64,000 bases of DNA from an uncultured Chloroflexia bacterium (GTDB lineage: Bacteria > Chloroflexota > Limnocylindria > Limnocylindrales > CSP1-4), in the NCBI GenBank assembly GCA_963828165.1, contig CAWHDR010000001.1, positions 2,656,001 through 2,720,000 on the forward strand. Reading direction: 5' to 3'. How positions within the stretch are numbered: position 1 is the first letter of the stretch; each line of letters opens with the position of its first letter. Positions 63,814 through 64,000 of this stretch are shown piece by piece. Both the position numbers and the translations under genes were made by a program. The notes beneath the pieces were generated by a model. It made no database searches, was not told the origin of the DNA, and saw nothing but the letters and a program-made list of their open reading frames with translations.

Positions 63814-64000
63814 ATGGCCGACGCCGACGCCCTGCGCGACGCAACGAGGCCCGGCGTCCCCTCGTCGCCTGAACCCGCCCCGCCGCCCGCGACGGCGCCG
63901 GACGGCTCGGTCATGTCGCTCGTCGACCATCTCGGCGAGCTGCGGACACGCCTCTTCCGGGTGATCCTCGCGGTCGTGATCGGCGGCGCGATCGGCTTCT
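63814..64000 (+). CDS. tatC: twin-arginine translocase TatC, N-terminus (partial)
   Basis: Manual translation gives MSLVDHLGELRTRLFRVILAV; follows tatA. Confidence 0.88.
   Translation, partial: MADADALRDATRPGVPSSPEPAPPPATAPDGSVMSLVDHLGELRTRLFRVILAVVIGGAIGF

Overview
A high-GC bacterial chromosome segment. A Terrabacteria origin, probably Chloroflexota (Limnocylindria-like), is inferred from gene content, GAAC-N4-GTTC LexA boxes and leaderless promoters; it is not proven. In order, the window holds: a LacI-controlled sugar ABC operon ending in a GH116 glycosidase; gatB; a nucleoside uptake and salvage cluster; several small accessory genes; dnaE; tRNA-Leu(CAA) followed at once by a frameshift-riddled LAGLIDADG-like gene; an ECF sigma factor with two tandem anti-sigma paralogues and matching ECF promoters; polA-mutM-ABC-F-coaE; a three-gene Tad/Flp accessory module; uvrB; an 11-repeat DUF11 giant secreted protein coupled to an SGNH-fold protein lacking its catalytic serine, behind a structured G-rich leader with a terminator; uvrA; a compact UvrD-like helicase; a secreted 5'-nucleotidase with PHO-box-like repeats; a HYR protein; and uvrC-secDF-recJ-TolB-like-pyrF-tatA-tatC. 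Four single-base +1 frameshifts (polA, Tad adhesin, uvrA, TolB-like/pyrF junction) look like long-read consensus errors. No CRISPR array, rRNA, transposase or integrase was seen. The best candidates for undescribed biology are the leader/DUF11/pseudo-SGNH unit, the LexA box-tRNA-LAGLIDADG unit and the dual anti-sigma ECF circuit. All family assignments come from motif recognition by eye, without database searches.
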